Part shown: positions 49,500 to 61,939 of the stretch, in pieces
How positions within the stretch are numbered: the stretch's first letter is position 1
How the letters are laid out: every line of letters starts with the position of its first letter
Assembly (NCBI RefSeq): GCF_006345805.1
Contig: NC_043016.1
Span: 22,072,001 to 22,136,000, forward strand
Length of the DNA: 64,000 nucleotides
Reading direction: 5' to 3'
Origin: Octopus sinensis
Lineage: Eukaryota
Notes under the pieces: model-generated
Told to the model about the DNA's origin: nothing
The model's database searches: none
Seen by the model: only the letters and a program-made list of their open reading frames with translations
Made by a program: the position numbers and the translations under genes

Positions 49500-51570
49500 A
49501 TCATCATCATCATCATTTAATGTCCGTTGTCCATGCTGGCATGGGTTAGACAATTTGACCAGAGCTAGTAAGCTGAGGGGCTGGCCCAGGCTCTAGTTTG
49601 ATTTGGCATGATTTCTATGGCTGGATGCCCTTCCTAATACCAACCACTCCAACAGTGTAATGGGTGTTTTTATGTGCCACTGGCATGAGTGTCAGTTGCA
49701 TGACACCAATATCTGCCATGACTACAATTTCACTTGACTTGATGGGTCTTCTAATCAAACATAGCATATTGTCAAAGATCTCAGTCATTTGTCATTGTCT
49801 CCATGAGGCTCAACACTTGAACAGTGCTTTTTACATGTTACTGGCACAGGTGCTAGTTACACAACACTGGTATCAGCCACATTGCCTCCATGAGGCCCAA
49901 CACTTGAAAGGTGTCTTTTATGTGCTATCAGCATGGGTGCCAGTTATGTGACACCAACGTTGGCCACAACTACAATTTCACTTGGCTTGACTGGTCTTCT
50001 CAAACCAGCATATCACCTGAGATCTCAAGTCACTGGTCATTGCCTCTGTCAGACCCAATGTTCGAAGATCATGCTTCACCACCTCATCACATGTCTTCCT
50101 AGGTCTACCCCTTCCACAGGTTCCCTCCACAGTTAGAGACTGGCACTTATTCACACAGCTATCCTTGTCCATACACATCACATGACCATATCAGTGCAGT
50201 CGTCTCTCTTGCACACCACATCTAATGCCTCTTATGCCCAGCTTTTATCTTATGGAACTTCTACCTACAGATCAAGCAGGTCATCAACCTGAAGGCATTT
50301 GTGATTTGTCCACTTTCCTACTTACTAAGACTTTGATTTTTGCTAGGTTAATTTTAAAGCCCTTCAATTTTAGACCTTGCTTCCACACCTGAAATTTCTT
50401 CTCTAGTTCTGGTAGTGATTCAGCTATAAAAACAAGGTTATCAGCATAGAGGAGCTCCCAAGGGCAGCCCGTCTTAGATTCCTCTGTTATTGCCTGGAGA
50501 ACAGGAGGGGGCTGAGGACTGATCTTTGGTGAACCCCTATTTGTACCCTGAATTATGACTATACTCATTGCCAACCCTTGTCTTACTGACAGTATCCCTG
50601 TACATGACTTGTACAGCTCTCACCAACCAAACGTCTATCCCTAGTTTCCACATTGACCATCTGATAAGGGATTGGGGCACTGTATCAAAGGCTTTCTCCA
50701 TATCAACAAAAGCTAAGTACAGAGGTTTATCTTTGGTTACGAATTTCTCCTGCAGCTGCCTTACCAAAAATATAGCATCAGTGGTGCTTCTCCCTTATAC
50801 TAAACCAAACTGCATCTCATCTAGACTAATTCTCCCCCTCATTAGTTCGGCTATGACCCTCTCTATAACTTTCATCATCTGATCCAACTATTTGATACCT
50901 CTGTAATTATTTCTATCTAAGGCATCACCTTTACCTTGTTAGCAGTTGATTATGATATTGTTACACCAGTATGACTTTGTGTACCACCTGATTAACTATA
51001 ACCCACACCTTCAGATATTTCAAGCATCTCAGCGATTATTCCTGATGGGCCAGGAGCTTTCCCGATCTCCATATTCTTCATGGTTTTGTCTACAACACTA
51101 CTGTCTATTCAGATTGCTGGTCCCTTTGTTAGATAAACTTTAGGCAGACTCTCTTCACAGGTATTCTCTACATTTAGTAGCCTTTCATAGTGACACTTCT
51201 AAGTCTCATTCTTAGCAGAGTCACTAACTGCAAATGAACCATCATCCATGCAAACACACTTCTCTCCCACAACATTACAATTTTCCCTGACACACTCTCT
51301 TGCAAACCGAAGTACTTCTGGTCCTCATGCTGCAGAACATTGGCAAACTTCTTCCTTTCTGCTCCACCCCTGGCTAAGTATACCTGCTTCCTAGCTTCCC
51401 TTCTAGCTGCCTGATATAGCTCCTTGCTACCACCACCCTTCCAGTCCTTCCAAGCCTGTTTCTTTGCTCTAAGGGCTTTGTCAACTACATTGTTCCACCA
51501 TCATGTCACCCTAGGTCTGGTTGGGAGTTTACACCACCCACAAATTTGATCTGTGGCTCTCTGTAAGTTG
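49500..51570 (-). mobile_element. RTE LINE 3' half (RT, C-terminus, tail) in FHIP1 intron 4
   Basis: VRQLQEKFVTKDKPLYLAFVDMEKAFD...LLYADNL...GRGRPRKT; (ATC)n tail at 49500. Confidence 0.9.
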
Positions 51571-52361
51571 TCTCATAGGAACTTCCAGTTATCACCTATA
51601 TTGCAAGTTTGTAACTCCTCCTCCTTCTCATCAAATGCTTCAGTTAGGAAGTCCCTAAACCTCTGACTATTCAAAGGATCCTTAAGCTTCCAGATCTTTT
51701 TTTTCCATATATAATGTACAACACTGCAAGAAAACTAACAGGACACAACACACCAGAAATGCATGAATTCAAGAAACACATTAATATAATAAATAGTATA
51801 TATCACCACCGATATCTCATTCTCTTAGATTGCATATCTTAATTACAACACTCCCCCTAACACCATCATTTAAAGAGACTTCAGTGTAGCCAACTTATCC
51901 AGGTACAAAAATACTGCAAATAACAATTACACCCCAAACACCAAGTAATGGCCCTCTTCTGACATGCAAATTATCTATGTTCCATGTAGACCATGGTTTT
52001 CATCCACTTCTTTCAATCAGGCACCCAAAAATTAATTGTGAAATCATGAAAAACATAAAAGCCTCTGAGCCCAATAAAATATACACATAAAGCATGTAGG
52101 GCCTGAAGAAATCACTGTTATCAGTAACATCTTCAATTACTTATATGTGGCATGAACCTAATTTCAGGGCTACATAATAGCTTTTACAACAACAAAACAC
52201 ACAAGATTCAAACTACATCAGCGTCAACAAAACTTCAACTACATTCCCTAGTATCCAACTAACAGAAAAGACTCAGCACATGATAATAAAACAACACACA
52301 AACATATACATTTAGGTATGTATCATTATTATTTACATAGCCTTATCACCTTATTCTGCAG

Positions 52362-52441
52362 TTGTCCCTAGTCTCCCTGTCACTTTTCAAGACCCTTGTT
52401 GACCTCAACTGTGAAGATGTCATGTTCCAACTGGTTTTCAA
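52362..52441 (+). CDS. FHIP1B: FHIP1 coding exon 5 (80 nt, ends phase 2)
   Basis: ttattctgcAG|ttgtcc...ttcaa|GTAAGT; LSLVSLSLFKTLVDLNCEDVMFQLVF. Confidence 0.93.
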
Positions 52442-53099
52442 GTAAGTAATTTTTATTCTAACCGTATAACCCTAAACCTTAACCCCTGCAATCTTCTCAA
52501 GATCCTGATTATTCTCAACTGTAAGGACCTTGTGACCCTGCTGATTTTTTTTCAAATAGGGATCATGGTTCTAACTGTAATCCTACTTACAAATTTCTTC
52601 GTCATTGGCTGTCATCAAAATCACTCCTCAATAATCTCATTAATCTTAAAATTAAGGACTTGATGAGTTTGCAAAAGTTTAGTCTAGTATATATAGTCTG
52701 TGATATGAAGGTGCTTACATCACTTACATCTCCCTCACTAAACAGCAAACTGTACCTGGAATAGGGACCACTTAATCCAATGATCTTCTATCTAGTCAAT
52801 TGGCAATAAGGAGAGATGCCTTAGATAATATAATCCAAGATACACAATGTCTGTATAAAAAATTAGATGATTGTGGCTGTAACGTCTTTGATGATATTTC
52901 TGCCAGATCAGGAGTGACCTGATATTAAATAAATGTGTGTGTATGTGTATGTTATATCCAACATATTATATCATACATTTACAAAGATGTATATACATGG
53001 TAAGTGTCTTGATCTGAGACTGTCTTGAAACTAAAGCAATTGCAGAATGGAAGATGCATGTTAGCCATTCAGAAATACTTAAGGACTGTTAACTTCACT

Positions 53100-53478
53100 T
53101 ACTCTTTTACTTGTTTCAGTCATTTGACTGTGGCCATGCTGGAGCACTGCCTTTAGTCGAGCAGAACGACCCCCAGGACTTATTCCTTGTAAGCCTAGTA
53201 CTTATTCCATCGGTCTCTTTTGCCGAACCACTAAGTTACAGGGACATAAACACACCAGTATCGGTTGTCAAGCAATGTTGGGGGGACAAACACAGACACA
53301 CACATACATATATATACATATATACACGACAGGCTTCTTTCAGCTTCCGTCTACCAAATCCACTCACAAGGCTTTGGTCGGCCCGAGGCTATAGTAGAAG
53401 ACACTTGCCGAAGGTGCCACGCAGTGGGACTGAACCCAGAACCATGTAGTTGGTAAGCGAGCTTCTTACCACACAGCT
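53100..53478 (-). mobile_element. Family A SINE, near full length
   Basis: Reverse complement of the 21080 consensus including head. Confidence 0.9.
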
Positions 53479-54001
53479 ACTCCTACGCCTTGAACATTTA
53501 TTGTTTGTAATATGGTATCAAAATTATCGTTGCTTGAAACTGCACCGGGTCATTGATAATGTTGCATTGCAGTGCAACAACATTGTCAGTAATCAGGTTA
53601 TTGTTGGAGTGATAAAAATTTTGACACCATTTTACAAGCAATAAATGCTTAAGTGAAGTTACCAGTTTTTGTGCATTTCTGAATGGCTAACATATACCAT
53701 ACATTATGCACTAGATATAACTCATACTCTGTATTATAATACTAACTAAGCTACATAAGATGGAATAGACAGGCTAAAATCATTTTGATCATAGGTCTGC
53801 TAGATTAGAGCTGGCATGAGACTAAGCAACTAATACTGTTTATTATATAATACATTAGATAATGCAGTTCTGGATGCACTGTATCTGAGTAAAAGCTGTA
53901 ATGGTCAAAGTTGGAAGATGTTTGATCATTGATCTGCTCAGTCAGAAGTAACCTGGGTTAAATTTCAACCTCCCCTCGTTTCTATCTCCTTCCCTCCCCT
54001 C

Positions 54002-54041
<40 letters not shown>

Positions 54042-54392
54042 GTATGTGTGTGTGTGTGTGTGTATATATATATGTATGTATGTATGTATAAAAAATATAT
54101 ATAAAAATGCAAAATGAGACAAGAACGCAAAACATTCAAATAGACAACACAAAAAACGGATGGGTCATTCAAAGCCTCTAATCTTCAGTCAAGAACCAGA
54201 TCATCCTCACAATTTCGGCTGATTAATCTTGAGATCTCATTTTTTGTGTCGTCTATTTGAATGTTTTGCGTTCTTGTCCCATTTTGTATTTTTATATATA
54301 TTTTTTATACATAAATTATTGCGGCGTAATGTACACCTTGTTCTCTTATATATATATATACACACATATATATATATTTTTCTTGTCTCCAG

Positions 54393-54554
54393 ATATCTGA
54401 TACCCTGTACACATGTGATGGTTAGTCAAAAGCGTGCTGTCAAAGACATTGACTTTCATAGTAAAAGTGCTGAGAAGTTTTTGTCTCTGAGACCCAAATG
54501 CTGTCTAAAATGGGATCAGGACAAAGAGAATAGTGAGAATATCAATTTCTCTCG
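54393..54554 (+). CDS. FHIP1B: FHIP1 coding exon 6 (162 nt, phase 2 to 2)
   Basis: tcttgtctccAG|atatctg...ctcg|GTAAGT; YLIPCTHVMVSQKRAVKDIDFHSKSAEKFLSLRPKCC. Confidence 0.95.
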
Positions 54555-55618
54555 GTAAGTATTATCTATTTATTTAACAGTTTACTTATGTTCCATATTT
54601 GAAATGATTTCAACAGCTGATGGCCTTCCTAACACCAATCACTTTACATAGTATTTTTGGTGCATCTTGTCATGACACCAGTAGTAGAGAGTTTATCATA
54701 TCCTCAACAAGACTACAGACTCATCACTACCCTATGTTGACTCTGTTCATTTTTTTCAACCACTCACAGAGTACCTTTCAAAATGTGTGATCCTCTGTTT
54801 ATGTAAGAAATTGTTATATGTGTCAAATCTGTGTGTCATACTTAATACAAATACATGAAAAAAAAAAAAAAATTAACTCCAGTATTTGTCGGAGAATAAT
54901 GTCTCCTATGGACACACTGCATTAAATACATCATGAATCTTGGGTTTTCAGTTACTTTTTTCCTATGTCAGTGACAACAGATTTTGCCTTGGTATGCAAT
55001 TTCCAGCAAATACATATTGCTAACAAAATTCAAAAGGGCAGAAATGCACATTAGGCATTCCTGCTACTGATATATTTTTGTGTTATTTAACACAGCATGT
55101 CCATAAGAGATATTATCTCTGGGTGAATACTGCAGTTAATTTGCCATTCAGTGATGCATTTGCATTAAACGTTTTACACAGATAACTATTTTAATCCAAT
55201 GTTACTTCTGTTGCACATAATAAATTGTTATTTGTATAAATATTTGTATATTTGTTATTACTAAAAGGAATGGAAAGTTGGTAGAATGAGGAGAGCTTTA
55301 AGTAAAAAAGTATTGTAATGTTTAGTCATATATTTTATGTTGTGAGTTCAAATCTTGTTGAAACTAACTTTGCCTTTCATCTGCATAAGGTTTACAAAAA
55401 TAATCTTCAATCAGGTAGTTGGTTTCTATTTCTTTTATGGTCTAGTCAGGAAGAATGGACAGTAATCATGACTTCTTCTGAGTTTTCGTCCACATTCAAG
55501 TGAGATAGATACAGTTGACATTTAATTGGAATATCTTTGTATCGTCATCTCCTTGAAAAGTTTAGTAAGAAGGGCTCCTGAATACCAGGTTATTGTGTTA
55601 GACTGAATCTGATAATAA

Positions 55619-55671
<53 letters not shown>

Positions 55672-56502
55672 TTTATTTAAAGCAGCAGAAAATTCAACAA
55701 AACCTGTTACTCTGAGTTTCCTGTTGCCGTTCATCTGGTATTTGAGTACTCTTTTTTCCACCTTGTTTCACATTTATGTGTTTACTCTGGTGTATATATA
55801 TATACATAAAGCTATTGTATGCAGAGTGAAGCCACTTGGTACAGATTGACCTTGAACTCTGTCACACATGCACACCAAGTTATAACGTTCTTTCTCACTT
55901 CCATTGTTTATAGCAGTGCTTGGAAGTAAAGTGTGTAGAGTGTGGTGGTCTGAAAAAGAAGATCAGATTTTAGTTGTGCAGGACTCCTTCATTGTGTTTA
56001 GGAAGACAGAAAATTTTTGAAATCAATCATAGTGGGTGACAAATCATGGTTCTGTGGCTATGACTCTGAAACCATGGCTCAGTCTTAGAAGATCCCAATA
56101 AAGTTTCAAAACCTCAATGAAATCCAAGAGAAGGTGACAAGATAGCTGCTTGCTATCCCAAAAATAGGAGTTCCAGGTATGCTTCCATCAGTGGAAAGAA
56201 TGGGAGATAAAGTGTGTGGCTTTAGAAAGGGCCCTAGTTTGAAGGAGATTAAATGTAAAACTGACATATGTTGTACTTTTCTTCCTATAGCACCAGTCCC
56301 AATACTTTTTGATCAGATTTCATGTGTGTGTGTGTTTACATGTATGTATCCATACATAGACATGCACAAACACACACACATAGATTATATTATTCCTTTA
56401 TTTATTAACTATGAATACTTTTGTAATTTTATATTTCCTGAAAAGAACCACAAACTAAAGCATATATGTACTATTTATATATATTTTTTTTTCCCCCTAC
56501 AG

Positions 56503-58010
56503 GAGTTACAGTATGAATGACACTTACTCGACAAACTCAGCAAATAGTAATAATTCAGCAAACAACTGGAATGAACTAGAAACAGACTATATAGAATATT
56601 TGTATGATGCTTACATTAATTTGAAGACGTGTTGTGATGGATGTCAGTGTTGGTCTGTACCCTATGATGGGGATAGACCATCGCCCCTGAGTATGATGTC
56701 ACTAAATATTCTTACCCCAAAAAAGTCTTTTATGGATTCTGTGAATGGTTCTGTTGCTAGAAACCATAAACAAGAAGAGAATAGGAAAAATATGAAAACT
56801 GAGACAGAACGAGGTGAGTGTGGGAAAGACAACAGTCTGAAACTACTGTCTCATGGGAATACACAGTCTTCTGTACGAGTAACTCCAGACAAAGACTTGT
56901 TGTTGCAGACACAGCAGACTTTGGCTAGCTGCAACTCTGACTCTGTTGGAAATTTGGAAACTAAAACTGCCCAAAGCTCTCAGCCTGAGAAGTTGTCTTC
57001 AATTGATAATGGTTATTCTTCACAGACTCCTGAAACTTCTTTGACACAAAACCAACTGTCTGTTGGTAAAACCTGTAAAGATGAGAACAATAAAAATATG
57101 AATGCTGAACCAGAACAAGGTGAGTGTGGGAAGCTACTGTCACAAGAAAACATGCAGTCTTCTGCACAGCGAACCACTCCAGATAAAGATTTATTGCACA
57201 CACAGCAAACTTTGGCTGACAGTGTAGGAAATTTGGAAACCAAAACTGCCTCAAGCTTACCTGTTTCCCAAAGCTCTCAGCCTGCACAGTATGATGAGAG
57301 CTCTATTGCACAGACTCCTCAGACTTTCTTGACACAAAACCAACTGTCAAACTTGCATGCAAACTGTGATGATATGGAGTCCTTCCTCAAATTTCTTGAT
57401 AGAATAGAAACTGGCTTTGTTGAAAGTGATAGAAATGAAGATGTTTTTATGTTTATAGACAATTTATTTTCAGGTCCAACTGGTCTACCTTTCCAATTTG
57501 GCCCTTATTCTAACCCTAACCAAGCAAAGTCAACTCCAGTTAAAGTAGAACCAATCAAAAATACCTGTCCTGAGCCATTGACAGAAAATAGCATTGACAC
57601 AATTTCATCTGCTTCAGGTGCAGATGAAAATATGTCAGTATCAAAACAGATTGATAAAAAAGCTAATGTAGATAATGAGAAAACTTCAAAAGAATGCCAG
57701 CAGAATCATGCAACATCTGATCTATCATCAACACCACCCCTTACACAAGACACAGTTTTTGATCAACAGTTGTCACAAATGAATGGCCTACAAGATGAAG
57801 TGATGACAGGTTCTAAGCCCTCATCAATTGATACACAACAAGTTGGGCAATCTCCTAGTGAGCAAAGCCCTTTACAAAGCTTCTGCAATGCAAAGAATTC
57901 AAAACAAATGTTTATGATAGGCAAGAAAAAACTTCCTTCAGATCCAAATGCTGCTAATTCTCTCACAGGATCAAGTGCCCTAAAGCATATAACTGGAACC
58001 CCAAATATTG
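56503..58010 (+). CDS. FHIP1B: FHIP1 coding exon 7 (1508 nt, phase 2 to 1); mostly low-complexity S/T/Q/N-rich region
   Basis: ttccccctacAG|gagttac...attg|GTAAGT. In frame with ORF 56513..58063. Conserved block YLYDAY...CQCWSVPYDGDRP near the start; TGTPNIG at the end. Confidence 0.9.
56777..57348 (+). repeat. In-frame internal tandem duplication (306-nt period, 102 aa) in exon 7
   Basis: KNM..E.E.GECGK..LLS..N.QSS...TPDKDLL.TQQTLA..DSVGNLETKTA..QSSQP...QTP.T.LTQNQLS occurs twice. Confidence 0.95.
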
Positions 58011-59215
58011 GTAAGTTAATCATCATAACATTAAGTTCTAACATGGGAACAAATTTTGGGTGACACTAGTAGTCGATTTTGACGAAATCTTACAATTCAT
58101 CACTTGTTTCAAACATAGGCAGCAATTTGGAGGCAGGGGCTGGTTCATTAAACCAACCTATTACTTGATTGGCATTTTATCTTATCAACTCAAAAAAATT
58201 AAATGCAAAATTGACACAGCACAATTTCTACTCAAATTGTGTAGAGATAACTAAAAAAATCCAAGACATTTTTTGATGTACACTTCTGCCAATCTGCTGC
58301 CCCAATATGATGCTATATAAGGATATGTATATATATCATCATCATCATCTTCATTTAATATTCTGTTTTCATGATGGCATGTTTGGAGAGCTTGACATGT
58401 CCTGATGAGAAACACATCATGCTCCAGTCTTTACTGGTATGACTGATTACATCTAAAAGAAGATGCTTCCTTTTCATTCACCTTTGGTGAATATAGCTTT
58501 GACCAGGAGGAATTGATGTTATCAAAACAGATTGATAAAAAAGCTAATGTAGATAGCAATTATTGGTGTTTCATTTTTGATCTGTAAACCATCCTATTAG
58601 GAGGTTGGCTGTAGTGGCTCATCTTCTCCTCCTAATTTCCAGCTTAGCTCTTCACTCTTACAGAGCAAGAAGATCAAGTAGTTAACTACAAGAAACCCTA
58701 TCATGTGATATGAAAGTAGACCTAGAGAAAAGGCTGTGGTTTCCTCAGGTTATTCAGACAAACCGGAGGCCTGAGTAATTTTGTAGTCTGAAAAGGCAGA
58801 AAAGATAATACTGATCAATCTTACAAAAGGTGTGTAATAAAGCCTTTGATTCTAAGAGTGCTGAGTACCTAAACCTTTTGCTGAATTGCAAGGAGAAGAG
58901 ATGGTAGGTAGGCTGTTCCCAATTGAGATTGGCAGTTGAGGATTCCCTGCCAGTTAGTATGAAGAATGCTTACAAATATGGGAATAAGAGCTGTGTGCAA
59001 GTTGGGTGAGGTAGCAGAAAGAACCTATTGTTGGTTATGGAGTAAGAGAGAGGAGCTAAGCTGGAAACCAGCCACCAAAACTGACCAATCAACAAGAAGG
59101 TATTATGATTCATGGTCAAAACATCCAATGCACTTTAGACATTGTTTGATGACATCAATTCCTCCTGGTCAGGGCTACATTCACCAAAGGTAAATGAAAA
59201 AGCATGATGTGTGTG

Positions 59216-59253
<38 letters not shown>

Positions 59254-59254
59254 C

Positions 59255-60068
59255 AGCCATGCTACACAGCAATGAAACATGAATGTGACCATCATGGACA
59301 TGCATGGGCTTAAAAGAAATGAAGCTGGAATGGCAGAGTGTAAGCATCTTGAGAGAAAAATTGAGCAGAGCATAAGAGGTATCAGATGTGGTGTGCAAGA
59401 AAGATGAGAGTGATGGTATGGTCATGTGATGCTTATGGACGAGGACAGCTGTGTGAAGAAGTGCCAAACTCTAATGGTGGAAGAAACCTGTAGAAGAGGT
59501 AGACCCAGAAAGACATGGGACAAGTTGGTGAAGCATGATCTTCGAACATTGGGCTTCATGGAGACAATGACAAGTGACCAAGACCTTTGGGCAATGCCAG
59601 TGTCACATAACTGGCGCATAAAAAACAACCTCAAACATTAGGCGATATGCCATGCTTGAGAGGATCCATCAAGCCAAGTGAAATTTTAATCATGGCTGAT
59701 GTCAGTGTTGTGTAACTGGTACCCATGCCGGTGGCACATAAAAAGCACTGTTTGAACGTTGGGCCTCATGGAGGCAGTGACAAGTGACAGAGACTTTTGG
59801 CAATATATTGCGCCTGAGAAGACCTGTGAAGCCAAGTGAGATCATAGTTGTAGCTGATGCTGGTGTTGCATAACTGGTAATTGTGCTGGTGGGATGTAAA
59901 AGCACCCACTACACTTTTGGAGTGGTTGGCATTAGGAAGGGCATCAAACTGTAAAAACCTTGCCAAATCAGATGGAACCTAGTGCAGCTCCCCAGCTTAT
60001 CAGTTTTCAGTCAAACTGCCCCACCTATGCTAGCATGAAAAGCAGATGCTAAATGATGATAATGATGA
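59255..60068 (+). mobile_element. RTE LINE 3' end plus tail
   Basis: WYGHVMLMDEDSCVKKC..VEETCRRGRPRKTWDKLVKHDLR; (GAT)n end. Confidence 0.85.
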
Positions 60069-60686
60069 GATAGAGAGATATAGATATATACATACATATA
60101 TAATTGTGTACACGTGTGTGTGTGTGTGCATGTGTATGTACATATATATATGTGTGTATGTTTGTGCATTTATGATAGCAGGGAGATAGCTTGTGTGAAA
60201 CAAAGATAGAGAGATATAGACATAGAGAGAGAGAGAAGGAGATATGTTTGTGTGGTGTAGTGTGTGTGTGTGTATTCCCTTTATTCCTTGCAGCCTCAAC
60301 TCCTGACAGAATCAGATGGGTGTCACATATTTAGCATGTCATGGGCAATTTAATTCTAGCAGATCCCATCTCCAGGTCTGAACACAGGCATTTCTTCAAG
60401 AGGAAACTGATAATGAGAGAGAGAAACAGAACCAATCCTCTCCACCTCCACTCTGGGTGTGTGTGTGTGTGTATTTATATAATATGCATGTTAGAGACAG
60501 ACAGACAGACAGACAGACAAATGAATATGGTTAAATAAGCCAATAATTGAAACTTGACTTAATTTTACAATATTTGTAATACATGCATACATATGTGCAT
60601 GTGTGTGTGCATGTCTAATACACACACACACACTAGTATATAATATGAGTGAATTATATTTGTTTAAATTATATATATTTTTTCAG

Positions 60687-60865
60687 GCCCTTTCTTATCA
60701 GCCTTATTGTCAAAGTTAGAGAGCATGGTTCAGAATTCACTCCATGTCAACTTTTTGTTGACTGGACTCATCTCACGTCTTGCTACATACCCACAACCTT
60801 TACTTCGATCATTTCTCCTGAACCACAATTTGGTCTTCCAGCCTTCCATCAAATCGCTCATTCAG
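60687..60865 (+). CDS. FHIP1B: FHIP1 coding exon 8 (179 nt, phase 1 to 0)
   Basis: ttttttcAG|gccctttc...cag|GTGAGT; GPFLSALLSKLESMVQNSLHVNFLLTGLISRLATYPQPLLRSFLLNHNLVFQPSIKSLIQ. Confidence 0.95.
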
Positions 60866-61041
60866 GTGAGTTCTCTTTTATTATCATGTTATTCATCATT
60901 GAGCATACTTAGGACAGAGGAGGTGATAGATGTAATGAAACATTGGGTTCTAAGTAATAAAAAACATATTTGCAGATGAATAGTCTCATCAAAACAAACT
61001 TGTTTGTGTGTATAACAAGCACACACACACTCATACATACA

Positions 61042-61078
<37 letters not shown>

Positions 61079-61144
61079 ATATATATATATTGAGGGAAAA
61101 TAAAGAGAAGATGGAGAATAAAGGGATGTAATTACTGATTTATT

Positions 61145-61268
61145 TGCATGTTGTAATGTCCTCATTTTGTTTGTCGTTAACACGTTTCGACTGATATACC
61201 CTCCAACCTTCATCAGGTGTCTTAGGGAAATTTCAAACCTGGGTTCTCAATCCTAAGGTATTTTTTTT
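61145..61268 (-). ncRNA. Solo Penelope-type terminal repeat with a minimal type I hammerhead ribozyme remnant (61179-61221)
   Basis: gacac-CTGATGA-A-GGTTG(gagggtatat)CAGTC-GAAAC-gtgtt; cleavage triplet missing, so probably inactive. Confidence 0.6.
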
Positions 61269-61939
61269 ACTTGTTCATGGTGTTATACATTTAACCTATT
61301 TGTTTTGGAAGCTGGAAGTTATCAGTCAAGCATGTAAAACTCAGAGATTAGATATGTTGATTTAGGTGCATCATCTTTAGGTCATGGTGTTCTTAGAACA
61401 TAAATTTGTTTATCTTATGCTATAATGTTCACAAAAGGATGTAGGTAGGTGCAAAGTTTAGTTGGTCAGCAGATTTCTCACTGTGAATTAATTGTTCTAG
61501 ATGTTATTTGATTATTATTTTGAAAATTTAACCTTTGTGTTTTAGGAAGGTAAAATTTCTGGGCTATGTTTTAATAAATATTTCTTCTATCCAGTTTCTA
61601 ATGTATTTTATAATATATTATTTCGGACCTATGAATACATATAATTGTAAAGCATATAATTATTTATAAAAATAAAGCTAAATACGCAAAAAATTCATAA
61701 GTCGGGTTAATTCTTCATCATTCTTATGCATGCATGTTTAAGTGTAGGAGTACACTTATCAGAAAATCTTTTGTTTGAAAATTGTGGAACTTTTAGATAA
61801 TTTCTAACTTACTTGTTTAGTGTAAAGCTGTAATGTTAGTGTTTGTGTATATTATTGGGAAAGTTTGTGGTGAAGAGAAATAGTGTAAAATAGGTGAGCT
61901 ATTTTTATGTTTAACTATTAAAAAAAAACTATTGGTTTG

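Noticed and set aside
52103-52130. CTGAAGA-A-atcactg-ttat-cagt hairpin
   Set aside because: No GAAA and no recognisable Penelope ORF nearby; too degraded to call.
58402-58413. CTGATGA-GAAAC
   Set aside because: No stem II between the two halves; likely chance.
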